64,000 bases of DNA from Sphyrna mokarran (GCA_024679065.1 JAGIQG010000019.1:36332001-36396000), one strand, 5' to 3'; shown: positions 37,480 to 50,935, counted from the first letter of the stretch. Notes: a model not told the origin generated them from the sequence alone. Program-made: numbers and translations.

Positions 37480-39175
37480 CGATAGAATTTTCTGCTCCTG
37501 GTAGTGGTGGGAACTGTGGCAGCAGGGACAGGAAGTTTGAATATCTCTCAATCAATTTCCCACTGATGGGAAGTCAGTTTGGGAGTTTGTGCTCCCTGCT
37601 TTGATGGTGGGTTAAAGTTTGATCAACTTTTCCATGGTTCCATATTGGGAAGCATATTTACATTCATAATCCATGAATTCTCATTGAAAGACAAACTTGC
37701 TGGAATCATGTTCTCCTTCCAAATTAAATGTCCCATTTATAGATAATTAGAACCGTCTGCCTCACAATTGCATAAAGTCATACATCTGATAAACTTCACT
37801 TCATCAATGATTGAGGTACATAGACATCGTTTTCACCTACCTTTAACATCAGTACTGTGATTTTTTTGGTGTTTCTCCGATTCTGCGCCAGGCTGGTGCC
37901 CATGTGGGGACCACAGAGAGAAGGGAGGAGGACAGAGCTATGACTTAGGATGGGCTAATGAAACATGGGAATGAAGAGGGGGGAAGACAGAGGTATGACT
38001 GAACAGTGAGGGACAGAGGAATAGATTGGACGAACTAAGGCAAGAGCTATAAGACTGTCCAAGGAAATGTCAGCCATTGTCCTGGGACTGGAGCCACATT
38101 GTCTGGGGAGATGGAGCAGATTACACTGCTTCTGATGGGGAAGAGAGCAGATTGCTCTATAGTTTTACAGAGTTCGCTCATATCTCAAGCTCAGCAAATA
38201 CAGTGCCGCAGATATTTCTCGAGTTATGCAAGTTCATATTTGCTACATTCTCAATGGGAATTTGATGCGACACAGGCTTGGAGACTATGCAATGCCAATT
38301 GCTCTTAAGGTTATGGTCGCACAGAATCTTTTTGCTAGTGGAATCTTTCAAGGCTCCACTGGAAACCTCTGTGGCATTCTCCAGTACTCACAATTAGTGA
38401 CACATAAATATATAAGGAAGATGACCAATGGCGTTTTCAGTACAACCCACCATTATGTGCAATCCTACAGGGATGAAGCAAGGCAGGCTGCCAGAGCTGT
38501 GCTAATTTGCTGCAATCTCAGGCTTTTTGCAGGTGCAGGGTGCCATTGACTGCACATATGTGGCTTTCAGAGCTCCCTGGAAGTGGTCTGTGTGATTCAT
38601 TAATTGAAAAGGATTCACTCTTTCATTATCTAGATGATTGATGATCATAGAAAGCAAATAATATATGTTTGTAAGTGCCACACAGCTTTGATTGCCTTTG
38701 GTGCTTAGAGGGTTGACTTCTTGATGATAAGGGCTACAATGACATCCATTTATCGTCTATAGAATGCATCCGACGAGAAGTACGATGCAAAACATTCAGT
38801 CACAAGTTCTTAACAGAGCCAGCTATTGGCTTCTTAAAGATGCATTTCAGATGTTTGGACCAATAAGGCTGTGCTCGCCAGTATTCTGAATTGCCATTGT
38901 TTGCTGCAGCCTGCATATGGCCTAACGCTGCCAATGGGGATGAGTTTGCCACAGGGAGGAGTTACATTTCTCCTCAGAAGAGGGGGACAGTGAAGGGAAT
39001 CTCAAGAAGGACAAAGAATCAGACAAGTCAGATGATGAAGCCATTACTTGTGCACAATGTGGATGATGTGTCCATGACAACCTCATAGTGAGAAGATCCC
39101 AGGAGGAATTAGGTGAAGATGAACTGATACAAGTTCTGTTCTCCTGATGTCTTGATGTAGCAGAGACAATAAAAG
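37480..39175 (+). pseudogene. Decayed PIF/Harbinger transposon with HARBI1-like DDE transposase
   Basis: AMPIALKVMVAQNLFASGIFQGSTGNLCGI, then QVQGAIDCTYVAFRAP, F.N.KGF and DKGY remnants; many stops and frameshifts; outer boundaries approximate. Confidence 0.8.
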
Positions 39176-39816
39176 CTCTGCTGTTATCCTCAGTATTTCA
39201 TAAAAGGGTCAGCAATCTCAAAGTACAACCAAAGAGAGGAAGAATCTCACTGGGACTTGGAATGTTAACTGTTTCTCTCTCCACAGCTGAGGCCAGACTG
39301 ATTGTGTTTTTCCAGCACTTTCTGTTTTTATTAGAGATTTGCAGCATCTGCAGTATTTTGCTTTGATTGGAGATTCACTTCCCCACTGGAGCAGGTGAGA
39401 ACATTCATTCTTTTCCTGCACTGCCAGGTGGTTCTTTTTCTGTTTTAAATGGGGGCCCAATATCAGCAAAACAATCTGCTACTGGAACCCCGTGCTCACC
39501 AATGATTGGACAGTGGGTGACCAGGTCATTGGATAGGAGTTACGCCTGAGTAGGATCTTTTGGACCCTTTCTACATTGGTCCATACAACATAGTGGACAA
39601 GAGCAGTCCAATGGTCAATGCAACCCAACTTCCCCACATGCTGAAAGTGGTTCCACATCAAGTTGTATGACCCAATGAGGGCAGGTAAAAGCAAACGGAA
39701 AGTAGTGAGGCAGCTCCTGTGGACGTAGAAACCATAGGCGAGACAGCCATTCAGCCATCCTTTAACCCGGAATGGTTTGTTGCCACTGTAAAGCAAAGCA
39801 AGGACATCATCAGACT

Positions 39817-39853
39817 TCACCTGATGAAGGAGCAGAGCTCCGAAAGCTTATAA
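39817..39853 (+). ncRNA. Minimal type I hammerhead ribozyme core in a Penelope-like repeat
   Basis: tcac-CTGATGA-a-ggag(cagag)ctcc-GAAA-gctt-ataa: intact core, helix II and palindromic aagctt helix III; helix I weakened (gtga to ataa). Confidence 0.65.
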
Positions 39854-42138
39854 TTTCAAATAAACCTGCTGAACTATAACCTAATGTTGTGTCACCTCCC
39901 ATCATGTGAATCGTACAATCTCTACAGTGCAGATAGAGACCATTTGGTCCATTGTGCCTGCACTGACAACAATCCTGCTCAGGTCCTATCCCCATAACCT
40001 CATGTATTACCCTGCTGATCCCCTAACATTTGGATTAATTGAGCATGGCCAATCAACATAACCTGCAGATCTTTGGAATATGGAAGGAAGCAGAGAAAAC
40101 CCATGCAGACATGGGGAGAACGTACAAACTCTACACAGACCATTACTGAAACCAGAATTGAACAGAGGTCCAACCATGATTAGTTTTGACTCTCTTAATA
40201 TGTGGATGTGTACAATGAAATGTTCATCAAAATTCCTGTTTCATTCTCTGAGCAGTGAAAGTGTCACAACCATGGGAAATTGTGATTCACTGATAATTTC
40301 ACCAGTAAACCCAAAACTCACTGAACTGTTTAAAAGGGGCATTTTTTTAAAAGTTACGAAAAGGAACTGACTAAAATAGCTGCCATGAATCACCTGATTA
40401 TAAGTGGAACTTTCCTGTTAAGTTACTATTACACTCCCGACACAACTGCTCTGAACATGTCACACCTGGGCATGTCAACATCCACAACAAGAAAGAACTA
40501 TCAAGACAATGGGGAACTGCTATCCAGCCAGGATATACAAGCAACAGGCAGTCAAACCCTATGTGGAAAATGAAAGATTCTCATCTCCTGTTAGTTTCTA
40601 CTATTTGAAAATGTGTCAAAAGCTTCTGATATGAAGCACAAAAAAAATTGAAATTTGAATGATGACAACAGCGATGGTAATAATTCTTTTGGAAAATAGC
40701 AGGACTTTCAAACAACTGTTTATCAAGCAGAAACAGAAAAAAGTGAAAAAATTGCTGATGGAGCGATAAGGATTCACTCCCTCTCAAATTAAGATAAGCC
40801 CTTATTGTACAGAATAAGGATCAAAAAAAATCAGGCAATAGATAGTGAATATTCATCGAGACACCTTCAAAGAGATTTTGGAAACAGACTCTGGCAGAGA
40901 AACACCCAAGACGTACCAACGAATTGAGATTTGTAAGAATTGCAGTATCTTGTATATCTACTTGCACCATGGGATCAGATAACATCAATTATAGAATCCC
41001 TACAGTGCAGAAGGAGGCCATTTGCTCCATCGAGACTGTACCAATTCTCCAAAGGAACATCTGTGCCAGGCTCACCCCTCTGTCCTATCTGTGTAGCCCC
41101 ACACATTTAACCCATTAATCCCACTAACCTTCACATCTAGGGACACTAAGGGGCAATTTAGCATAGCTAGTCCATCTAACCTGCACATTTTTGGACTGTG
41201 GGAGGAAACTGGAGCACCTGGAGAAAACCCACACAGATACAGGGAGAACATGCAGATTCCACACAGATAGTGACCCAAGGCTGGAATTGACCGTGGGTCT
41301 CCTGGCACTGTGAGACAGCAGTGCTAACCACTCATATTGGCTGTAATGTTTACACCTCAATGACAAGCAGAAGACTTCTAAATGTATGTTCATTTAAAGT
41401 TTAATTTGGACTCCAACTTTCTTTCCCTGTGATGCTTGCCTGTATGTGTGACATCACATCCAGGTCTGATGGCTAATAAACTTCTCATTGTTCACTGCAT
41501 AGCTAGTAAAAAATACATGTGAATTTGACAAAGGGAAAATAAGGAAAAAACATTTGTTGTCAGCAACTGAGAAACAGAATAGAGAGAGTCAGTTCACTCC
41601 ACTTCACCTGGTCAAAACAACATGCAGACAGTCACACATGCTGACAGATACATATACACACATAGATCCATACAAGTACCTAGGACAGGATTTTGTCCAT
41701 GATGTTGGAACCAAATGGAAGTCCCAAGCTGGCACTTGCTAGGAACTGGAATGAGACAAAGATATTTTGCAGGGTGTGCGCTCCCAATTGGTGACTTCAA
41801 CGCTCGCTGTTGAATAAAGGATAGTGGGCTGAATCTCAACGCTATCAGTCCAAGCAGCAGCTTAGAACCAACCCAGCCCCACTGGAGCACTGCTGAGTCA
41901 GGCAAGAGACCTTGAGGAAGTCCTAAAATGGGGAGTGCATGAATTTAAACTATAAATTCAGAGCACCAAGCCAGCTGGCCCTCTCTTTGGGGAAATCAAA
42001 TTACCAGCTCTGGTGGTCCCTCAACCCAGATGCAGGAGGCCTCCTCCACTGAGGTGGTGGTCTCCCCTTGTGGCAGGTGGTCTGCTGGCAAAATGCCAAT
42101 ACTGGGGCTGTATTTAGTTCAACTAGTTTTCCACCTAC

Positions 42139-43812
42139 ATAGAACATAGAACATAGAACAATACAGCACAAACAGGCCATTCGGCCCACGAGTTGCGCCG
42201 ATCACATCTACCAATTCACAGACCTATCTATAACCCCCTATCCTATTCTTTTGCATATACTCATCCAGAAGTCTTTTAAAAGACCCCAGTGAGTTTGCCT
42301 CAACAACCTCCGACGGCAGTCGGTTCCATTCACTCACCACCCTCTGAGTGAAAAACCTACCCCTGACATCTCCTTTGTATTTGCTTCCCTGCACCTTAAA
42401 TCTGTGTCCTCTCGTAGTGACCATTTCAGCTCGGGGAAATAGTCTCTGAGAGTCCACCCTATCTATTTCTCTCAACATTTTATAAACCTCTATCAGGTCG
42501 CCTCTCAACCTACGTCTCTCCAGTGAGAAGAGTCCCAGCTCCCTCAACCTATCTTCATAAGGCCTGCCTCCCAATCCAGGCAGCATCCTTGTAAATCTCC
42601 TCTGCACTCTCTCAATAGCCTCTACATCCTTCCTATAATGAGGCGACCAGAACTGCGCACAATACTCCAACTGGGGTCTGACAAGAGTCTTATAGAACTG
42701 CATCATTACCTCCTGACTCCTAAACTCTATTCCTCGATTAATGAAGGCCAGTACACCATACGCCTTCTTGACCACTTCCTCTACCTGCAAGGCCGATTTA
42801 AGAGTCCTATGGCCCCGGACCCCGAGATCCTTCTGCTCTACAACACAGCTAAGACTCCTACCCCTTATATTGTACTCCTTCATCCCATTATTCCTGCCAA
42901 AATGGACCACTACACATTTATCCATGTTGAAGTCCATCTGCCACTTCTCCACCCAGTCTTGCATCCTGTCTATGTCCCGCTGCAACTTTTGGCATCCCTC
43001 CAGACCATCCACAACACCACTGACCTTTGTATCGTCGGCGAACTTGCTAACCCATCCCTTCACTTTCTCATCCAGGTCATTTATGAAAATGAGAAACAGC
43101 AGGGGTCCCAGAACAGATCTCTGGGGCACTCCACTGGTTACTGACCTCCATGCAGAACAAGACCCATCCACAACCACTCTCTGCCTTCTGCCGGCAAGCC
43201 AGTTCTGGATCCACGAGGCCAAAGCCCCTTGGAACCTATGCCCTCTCACCTTCTCCAGAAGCCTTGCATGGGGACCTTATCAAACGCCTTGCTAAAGTCC
43301 ATGTACACTACGTCCACCGTTCTTCCTTCGTCAATGTGTTCAGTCACATTTTCGAAGAACTCAACTCGGCTCGTAAGGCATGACCTGCCCTTGACAAAAC
43401 CATGCTGACTATTTCTAATCAGTCCAAACTTCTCCAAATGTTCATATATCTTATCCCTCAGAAGCCTCTCCATCACCTTAACCAACCACTGAAGTCAGAC
43501 TCACCGGTCAGTAATTTCCTGGACTATCCCTGTTCCCTTTCTTAAAGATAGGAACCATATCCGCAATCCTCCAATCCTCCGGAACCTCTCCCATTTCCAT
43601 GGACGACGCAAAGATCATCGCCAGGGGCTCTGCAACCACTTCCCTCACCTCCCACAATAACCTGGGGTACATCCCATCCGGTTCCGGCGACTTGTCTATC
43701 TTGATAGAATTTAACAGGTCTAACACATCCTCTTTCCTAACATCCACATATTCAATCTTTTCCGTATGCCTCAAACCTGCAGTGCAATCTCCCAGTTCAC
43801 TTTCCATGTACT
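42139..43812 (-). mobile_element. Young CR1 LINE, ~1.7 kb of ORF2 including the RT domain
   Basis: ORFs 43508-43807, 43246-43485, 42224-43249 with KSPEPDG, QHGFVKGRSCL, YMDFSKAFDKV, GVPQRSVLGP, KFADDTK; few lesions; agaacat tail; possible ctacat TSD. Confidence 0.95.
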
Positions 43813-44315
43813 CCTTAACAACTTAACAACTACATCTTGGCCTGCCTCTGGAAACCTCTTAGTCAGTGGGAATATCATAGAATATATAGTGCAGAAGGAG
43901 GACATTTGGCCCATTGAGTCTGCACTGACAACATTCCCACCCAGGCCCTATTCCCATAACACCACGCATTTACCCTAGTTAGTTCCCCTGACACTAAGAG
44001 GCAATTTAGAATGGCCAATCCACCTAACCCACATATCTTTGGATATATCTGGGAGTGGACTCAATCTGATTTTTTTATTCATTAGTGAGACATGGACGTT
44101 GCTGGATTTATTGCAGATTTCTATTTGTCGCTAGGGGGCTGTTCAGAGTCAACCACATTGCTTGGCTCTGGAGTCACATGTAGACCAGACCTGGGAAGGA
44201 TGGCAGATTTGCTTCTCTAAAGTAGATTAGTGATTTGCATTTATATAACAGATTTCCCATTCCAGCAGAAGTTTAAAGTCATCAAAACACTTAGGAGGTG
44301 CAGTCTTTATTGTAG

Positions 44316-44739
44316 GAAATACTGTACCTAATTTGCGTACAACAATACACGCAAACAATGTTGCGACAGACAATTACATAGAGCAGGAAAAGGTCATTGA
44401 CCGCCAAGACAATAAATTGAGACGGTGATACCTGACACTGGAGGTGAGAATTAACCGAAGATTTCAATCGGTGAGAAGAAGTGAAAAGGTGTCTCTGTTG
44501 CTGGAAATACTGCAGCTAATTTGCACACAGAAAATCCACACAAACAGCGTTGCGACAGACAATCGTACAGAATAGAAAAGGCATCATATAGAATCGGGAA
44601 AGGCATTCTACAGAACAGGAATGGACTCACATCCATTCATTGACTGCCAGATTCAGACAGTAAGTTGAGATGGTGATACCTGATACTGGAGGTGAGAATG
44701 AACCGAAGAGTTCGACCGGCGAAGAAGAACTGAAAAGGT
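44316..44739 (+). repeat. Local tandem duplication (44316-44490 / 44504-44739)
   Basis: Both copies run gaaatactg..ctaatttgc...gttgcgacagacaat...ggtgatacctga.actggaggtgagaat.aaccgaaga...tgaaaaggt. Confidence 0.85.
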
Positions 44740-45129
44740 AACCACTTATTCTCAGTTTGGCAGCAGACAGTGGTGAAAATGAGAGGCAGTGCTGAATTTA
44801 TTCGAAGGGTGGAGACTGAAGCAAGCTAGGGAGCGTCTGTAAAATTCTTACATTTTACATAGGGGCAGTGTTTCAGCTGGGCTGATTCTTACGGTTCCAA
44901 ATAACCCAGCACTGAATGATAAAAGCAAATGAAGAATGGAAAGCAACAGCACATACACGCAAACAGCAGATGCCGCCTAATTCCAGTGCTTGGAGAGGCT
45001 ATGTTTACGTCAGTTACTTGAAAGGCTCGCATTCATACAGCGTCTTCCTTAATTTCAAAACCATTTCCAGCTAGGGAGTTCAGACGTCTGGCTTTAGACC
45101 AGACAGTCTGGTTTTTAAGTATTGTGTCC

Positions 45130-45314
45130 TCCATCCGGTGCCGGATATTAATTTGCCCTCCTTTTCTGGGGGGGGTGGAGAGGTCTGACTGAAAAAGGGC
45201 AGCTGCTATGTTCTTTCCGGAGGATTTCCGAAGTCAGCTTCGTTCTGTGGAGTGCCCGAAGGCCGGTGACACAATCTCCGAGGATGAGGCAATGCTCGGT
45301 GGCCGAAGGTGAGT
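45130..45314 (+). promoter_or_regulatory. CpG-rich promoter / first exon candidate with strong donor AAG|GTGAGT at 45308/45309
   Basis: Local CpG enrichment, ETS-like ttccgg, GC-rich intron start with a long G run. Confidence 0.5.
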
Positions 45315-47974
45315 GGGGAGCGCCGGGGGGGGGGGGGGGGGGAGTGTAGGAACTCGCCGAAGCTGACGCAATGGGCGAATGTCCAAGCGTTCAGTTGTTC
45401 CCAGAGGGATCAGTCGATGAGTCTGGGAGAGCTTGGATGGTAACGCGATGATGTTGTGGTCTGAGCTGGCACATTGCCGAAGATGATGGTGGGGGGTGGG
45501 GGGTTTGGATGAAATCGGTCGGAGCGACTCTCCGCTGCTTGTGGCGGGTGGCTGGAGGAGGGGGGAGGCTGCTGAGGATGAGGTGCTTGCCTGTTTCTGG
45601 GTGGCTTCTGATGATGAAGTGATGCAGGGAGGTTGGCTGAGTGGATGTTGTTGTTGTTGTTGGCAGGTGGCGGGAGCCTGTGTGTGTGTGCGCGCGCAAC
45701 GTCCTTCTTTCTGGAAATTTGGAAATGGCCACCCTAAGGGGAGGTGATTCTCGCCTTTCTTTCTTCTTTCTGACCAACCGGTTCCTTATTACTGGAGTCT
45801 CTGTCCCTCTATCTCTCATGACGTGGAGATGTCAGGTTTAACCTGGTGCTGTGAGACTTCTTACTGCTTCTGTCTTCAGTCAGTGATCTGTGTCTCAGTT
45901 ATTTCCTGTGTAGTTTCACCAACTTTCCATCTATTGTCTGTCTAAACAAAACTTCTAATAAAAATTGTGAAATCTGGAATGAATATAAATTGTCTTGTCC
46001 CTTTTCTGTTTCCAATATAATTGTTCATCTCAAGTAATGTGTGCATTAATCAAAAATATAATCTTCCCACAGCTTTTTCCAAATCATTGCATCCATGTTG
46101 CCCTCCAAGTCACTCACCACTCTGACCTAGACAGATAATCGGTTATTTCCTCATCACCACTTGATTGTAACCTCTGAATAACCTATTTAACATCAGAATG
46201 GAGCATCCTTACCAAACACAGTGAAAAATTTAAGGTTTTAGTATATTTATTCATGCCATTAATACATTAACACTGCAATGAAGTTACTGTGAAAATCCTG
46301 GGAACTGAACCCAAGTCCCTAGTGCACTATTAACCACTATGCCATCATGTCGCCCAAAAGAAGCCAGGCAAGAGATAGCCAAGTCGCTATTACAGACATA
46401 AAAGTACAGAAGAGAGAACTCAGTTGAGTGCATGTCTTCATCATGCTGGGTTAACTTTATTACAATTCATATAGCTGTCTCTCCCCTCGGGGCTTTCCCT
46501 GTCAGATTGATGCTTTGAATCTAAAAAGCTGAAAAGTAAATGTTTTTATTAAGAACTTACATCTCAGAGGAGGCTTCAGGGGAATCAAAATCTAACAACC
46601 TGCTCTGAACTGCTCTGAAATCAGCAATATAATAAGAGTAGCTTTCAAAAGGGCTGTTTCATCTCAACCAATCTTACTGGATGCAAATATTGAAAGAAAA
46701 GAGCAATAAGTTTGAATTTCCAAAGAACCTCAAAATGGCAGGATGGCACAATGGTTAAAACTGCTGCCTCACAGCATCAGGATCTGTTTTGATTCTGGCC
46801 TAGAATCACTGACTGTGTGGAGTTTGTATGTTCTCCCTGTGTCTGTGTGGGTTTCCTCCAGATGCTCCCATTTATTCACACAGTGCAAAAATGTGCAGGT
46901 TAGGTTGATAAGCCATGCTAAATTGCCCCTAAGTGTCAGAGGGACTGAAAGGGTGAATATACATGGGTTACATGGACAGCGCCTGGGTGGGTTGGTTGTC
47001 AGTGCAGGTTCAATGAACCAAATGGCCTCCTGTTGGGATTCTATAAGATCAGGGTATGGTTAGTCATCAGAATGGACTGAAGCTAACTGAAAAACTGAGC
47101 AGATTTGTTGGGGCATGGAGTTCCACCAGGATCATCATCGTATCATCATCATCATATTATTATCGCTATAATAATTTGAACTCAGAATTGGAAGTATAAT
47201 TTCAAAATCTGCAAATGGCATTAAATTGTGAACTTCCACAAAGGAAGTTTGTAATAAAATTCCACAGAATTTAATACAGTGATTGACAAATGGATTTGCA
47301 ATGTATATAGGTAAATACTGCATTTTGCAATGAAATATATCAAAACCACATATTGATCAAATAATATGAGGAAACAGGATAAATGAAGTAAGGGGAATAA
47401 AAGCAAAAAACAGCAGAAGCTGGAAATGTGAAATAACAGAAAATGCCGGAAAATCTTAGCAGATCTGGCAGCATGTGTGGAGAGAGAAACAGAGTGATCT
47501 TATGTTAAGCATTTGCAATTCATTTAATGTTTAAAGTTTATTTACTGGTGTCACAAATAGGTTTACATTAATATTGCAATGATGTTACTGCCAAAATCCC
47601 TAAGTTGCCACATTCCAGCACCTGTTCAGAGAGGGAGACTTTAGCATAGCCAATGCATCTAACCAGCACATCCTTCAGACTGTGGGAGGAAACTGGAGCA
47701 CCCAGAAGAAACCCACACAGACAAGGGGAGAACATGCAAGCTCCGCACAGACAGCAACTCAAGTTGGGATTTGAACCTGGATCCCTGGTGTTGTGAGGCA
47801 GCAGTGCTAACCACTGTGCCATCATGCTGTAATGTAATGTCACATGTCAATATAAACATTAAAAAAGAAAGAGCAAGCACTGGGGATATTTTTTAAAGGG
47901 ATAGAATTGAAAAGCAACAAAGTTATTTCCAACTTGTATCAAATCTTGGTTAGGCCATACTTGGAATGTTGTAA

Positions 47975-48384
47975 TGTGGAGATGCCAACATTAGATTGGG
48001 GTGGACACAGTAAGAAATCTCACAACACAGGTTAAAGTCTAACAAGTTTATTTGAAATTATGAGCTTTTGGACTACTGCCCTTTCATTAGGAGAGTGGAG
48101 ACGTATATTTCACAAATATGGCAAGCCAAGTTCCGCACACATGAGGATAGCTTCAACTGGGATTTTGGTTCATATCGCACTACATGTAACCCCACCATTT
48201 GGCCTGGGCTTGTGAAATACTGCTAACTGTCTTGGCTTGAGACAATTCACACCTCTTTAACCTGTGATTATCTGCCTCTCCACTCACAATGTCTGTAAAG
48301 ACTTGATTACCCGTAAAGACTCGTATTCAACCATTATCTTGCAGTTGCGTCTCTGACTATACAAGCCATGTTTGTGAAAGCTAC
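47975..48384. mobile_element. Penelope-like element remnant (inverted terminal repeat plus GIY-YIG C-terminal remnant)
   Basis: Reverse-strand pLTR 47975-48100; AKFRTHED-like C-terminus at ~48125. Confidence 0.6.
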
Positions 48385-49506
48385 TGTTGTAGGTAAAAGA
48401 TATCTCTGAGACCAACTAAACAAGTTTATTCAAAAGATCTCAACAGCACCGCACGCTGCCCTCGAAGCGGCTGCGGAGCTGATGAAACGGTCGCATACCT
48501 CCTTGTGGAATGTGCCTTTGCAGAGAAGGTCTGGAGTGAGATGCAGTGGTATTTGTCGAGGTTTGCCCTGAGCAGCTCGGTAACGCAGGACTCTGTGCTC
48601 TACGGGCTGTTTCTGGGGACACACACCGAGACGAATATCAACTGCAGCTGGAAAATCATCAACTTGGTGAAGGATGCACTTTGGTCTGCCTGAAACTTGC
48701 TGATCTTCCAGTTGAAAGAACTGTCCTCGACCGAGTGTTGCAGACTAGCACATTCCAAGGTCCAGGACTACGTGCTGAGGGACAAGCTGAAGCTTGGGGC
48801 AGCTGCCGCAAAGGCACAATGGAGAAAGGCCACACTATAAGGCCTTTTAACGGAGGCAGACCGAGGGCCAGAAACTGCAGAATACCCTTGACCTGCGTAA
48901 CTGTGTGCCAATCTGAGCAACAAGGTCACACAGTAAATTTTGAGCCATGCATATAGTTTAAGTATTGAAATGGAAAAACTGTAAATTGTAAAGATTTGTA
49001 CAAATGTTTTATTATGCACTGTTTGCCATTTGCAGACATGTATATTCGCAATGATTTAATTGAGATTTTTATGGGTCTGTTCTAATTGAAATGAAATAAC
49101 TGTAACCTGTATGCAACTGTAAGATGTTTGATTCCGACCTGTTTGCATTTTATTGACATGTATACTTGCAATGTTCTAATTGATATTTTTATGAATAAAG
49201 TATATTTTTGAAAAAAAAGTTTATTCAAAAGCTTTTGGGAAATACACCTTGTACCTGACAGCGGTTCCCCAGGCGTCTCCCCGAACATAACTTGAGAGCA
49301 TATATTTATACCTCCCCAGCAGCCATGTGATCAGATCCCAGCAGCAGACATGAGACCAGGACATGATAGCAACGTCAGGAGAGGATGGTTAATACTTTAA
49401 ATATTAATTCTCAAACTGTGGATATAAAGGCTGGTGGTATTGCTGATCCTCATTACACTTTGAAAGTGTCTTTTTGAACCATCATAATTACATCTGCTCT
49501 ACTGCA
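48385..49506 (-). mobile_element. Second copy of the 30-31 kb LTR, interrupted by a Tx1-like insertion
   Basis: tgttgtaggtaaaagatatctctga...tttattcaaaagcttttggga.atacacc..gtacct.aca.cgg is the reverse complement of 31245-31394; ctactgca at 49499-49506 matches the other terminus. Confidence 0.7.
48437..49216 (+). mobile_element. Tx1/L1-clade non-LTR retrotransposon 3' fragment
   Basis: Zinc-knuckle remnant CPRSGCGADETVAYLLVECAFAEKVW; AATAAA ~49194, A-tail, 15-bp TSD aagtttattcaaaag (48422-48436 / 49217-49231). Confidence 0.88.
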
Positions 49507-50156
49507 CATAAAGAGACCATTTGGCCCAACGTGTTTAGGTTTGACATGAACACCTCTTTTTCAAACCCTTTCTGCCACAGACACATATTCAGCTTGTCTG
49601 TGAAAATAACTATGTAATTGACCTCAATACCTTGTTTACTATGTTACAGGTGCTATATTTGCAAAAGTTATTTTGTAATTCATTCCCTGAAGGAAGAATT
49701 CCCTACTGGATTAATTAGTGACTCTTGCATATTTATAATCTCTCATTTTGGTCTTTCCTGTGTTAGGATGAAATCAAAGTGGTGGACATAAATGTTTACT
49801 GGGCACACAAAATGGACTCTGGGAAGGGACATTAAGAGGCACTGACTTCGGGTATAGACGTTTACATAAAGAGACCTGAAAATCCCACTGGCAGGAGTGG
49901 TGGAACAATCCTGCCCTACATGAGGATAATTGAACTCCCTGATTATTACCGTATTGCTCTATTATTTTAACTTCTTCTGAAATTTGCCCACAGATTTGGT
50001 CTTCATTTCTTGGGGGTCCTTAGCAAAAACCCTGCAATCAAACAGTTCATTTTCGGTTCCTTAATTCTCATCAAATAGATTCCGTTTTTGAACTCCTCCT
50101 GTACAAACCATTCCATTTGGTGGTCTGAAGTGTGGCCCACAATATCTCAGCAGTCG

Positions 50157-50472
50157 GTGTGTGTGTTTCTTTTGTGAGGAGTGTGTGAGGGAGGGAGAGA
50201 GGGGAGAGAGTCTGTGTGGGAGAGTGTGTGAGAGGGGGGAGAGAATGAGTGTGTGGGAGTGTGAATGTGCTTATTTGTGTGAGAGCAAGCGAGTGAATGT
50301 GTATGTGAGGGAATGGAGTGTGTGTGTAAGAGAAAAGTGTATGTATGTGAGAGAGAGAGAGTTTGAGTGTATTTATATGAGTGAGCGTGTGTTTGTAGAA
50401 GAGTGTATGTGAGAGAGGGGAATATGTTTATGTGTGTGAAAGGGGAAAGCATGTCTAATGGGGGAGAGAGGG
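50157..50472. repeat. (GT/GA)n compound microsatellite
   Basis: gtgtgtgagggagggagag...gtgtatgtgagagagag. Confidence 0.9.
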
Positions 50473-50935
50473 CATGTGTCTGGTTTTCTCAGTCTCTGTG
50501 TTCTCATTCATATCCTGATACACTGACCACTCGCTTTACACCATCCCCGATTTTACTTTCATTAAAGTGGCTGCTATATGACTATAACCGGCTTCTCACC
50601 AGGTTGGTGGGGATAATAGGGGTAGGGGAAAGAAATTACCCTAAATTTCTGTAAGTAATAGATAACATCAGGAAGAGAGCTGATATATTAGTCCATGCCA
50701 TGAAGACGCGGCTATTAAAGGGTCGCATGTTGGGCGTGTGGGGGTTCACCCTGGAGTGCGGGCAGAGTGGCCGCATGTCAGAGCTGCTCAGGGCTCTGCA
50801 TAAACTGCTGTTTTCACTGCTCGGTGACCAGTCATTGGAACCCAGCATTGCTCTATGCTGCATTTTGCTACATTAAAGGCGCTATATAAATGCAAGTTTG
50901 TTGTTCCATTAGAGCAGATGTCAGCACATTGAGCG

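Noticed and set aside
38226-38549. Domesticated HARBI1 host gene
   Set aside because: Multiple stops and frameshifts around the catalytic motifs indicate a decayed transposon.
42638-43295. Long plus-strand ORFs of 168 and 184 aa
   Set aside because: They are antisense shadows of the CR1 reverse transcriptase.
45391-45841. ORFs over the CpG/GT-rich region
   Set aside because: Low-complexity first-intron sequence with no domain or coding signal.
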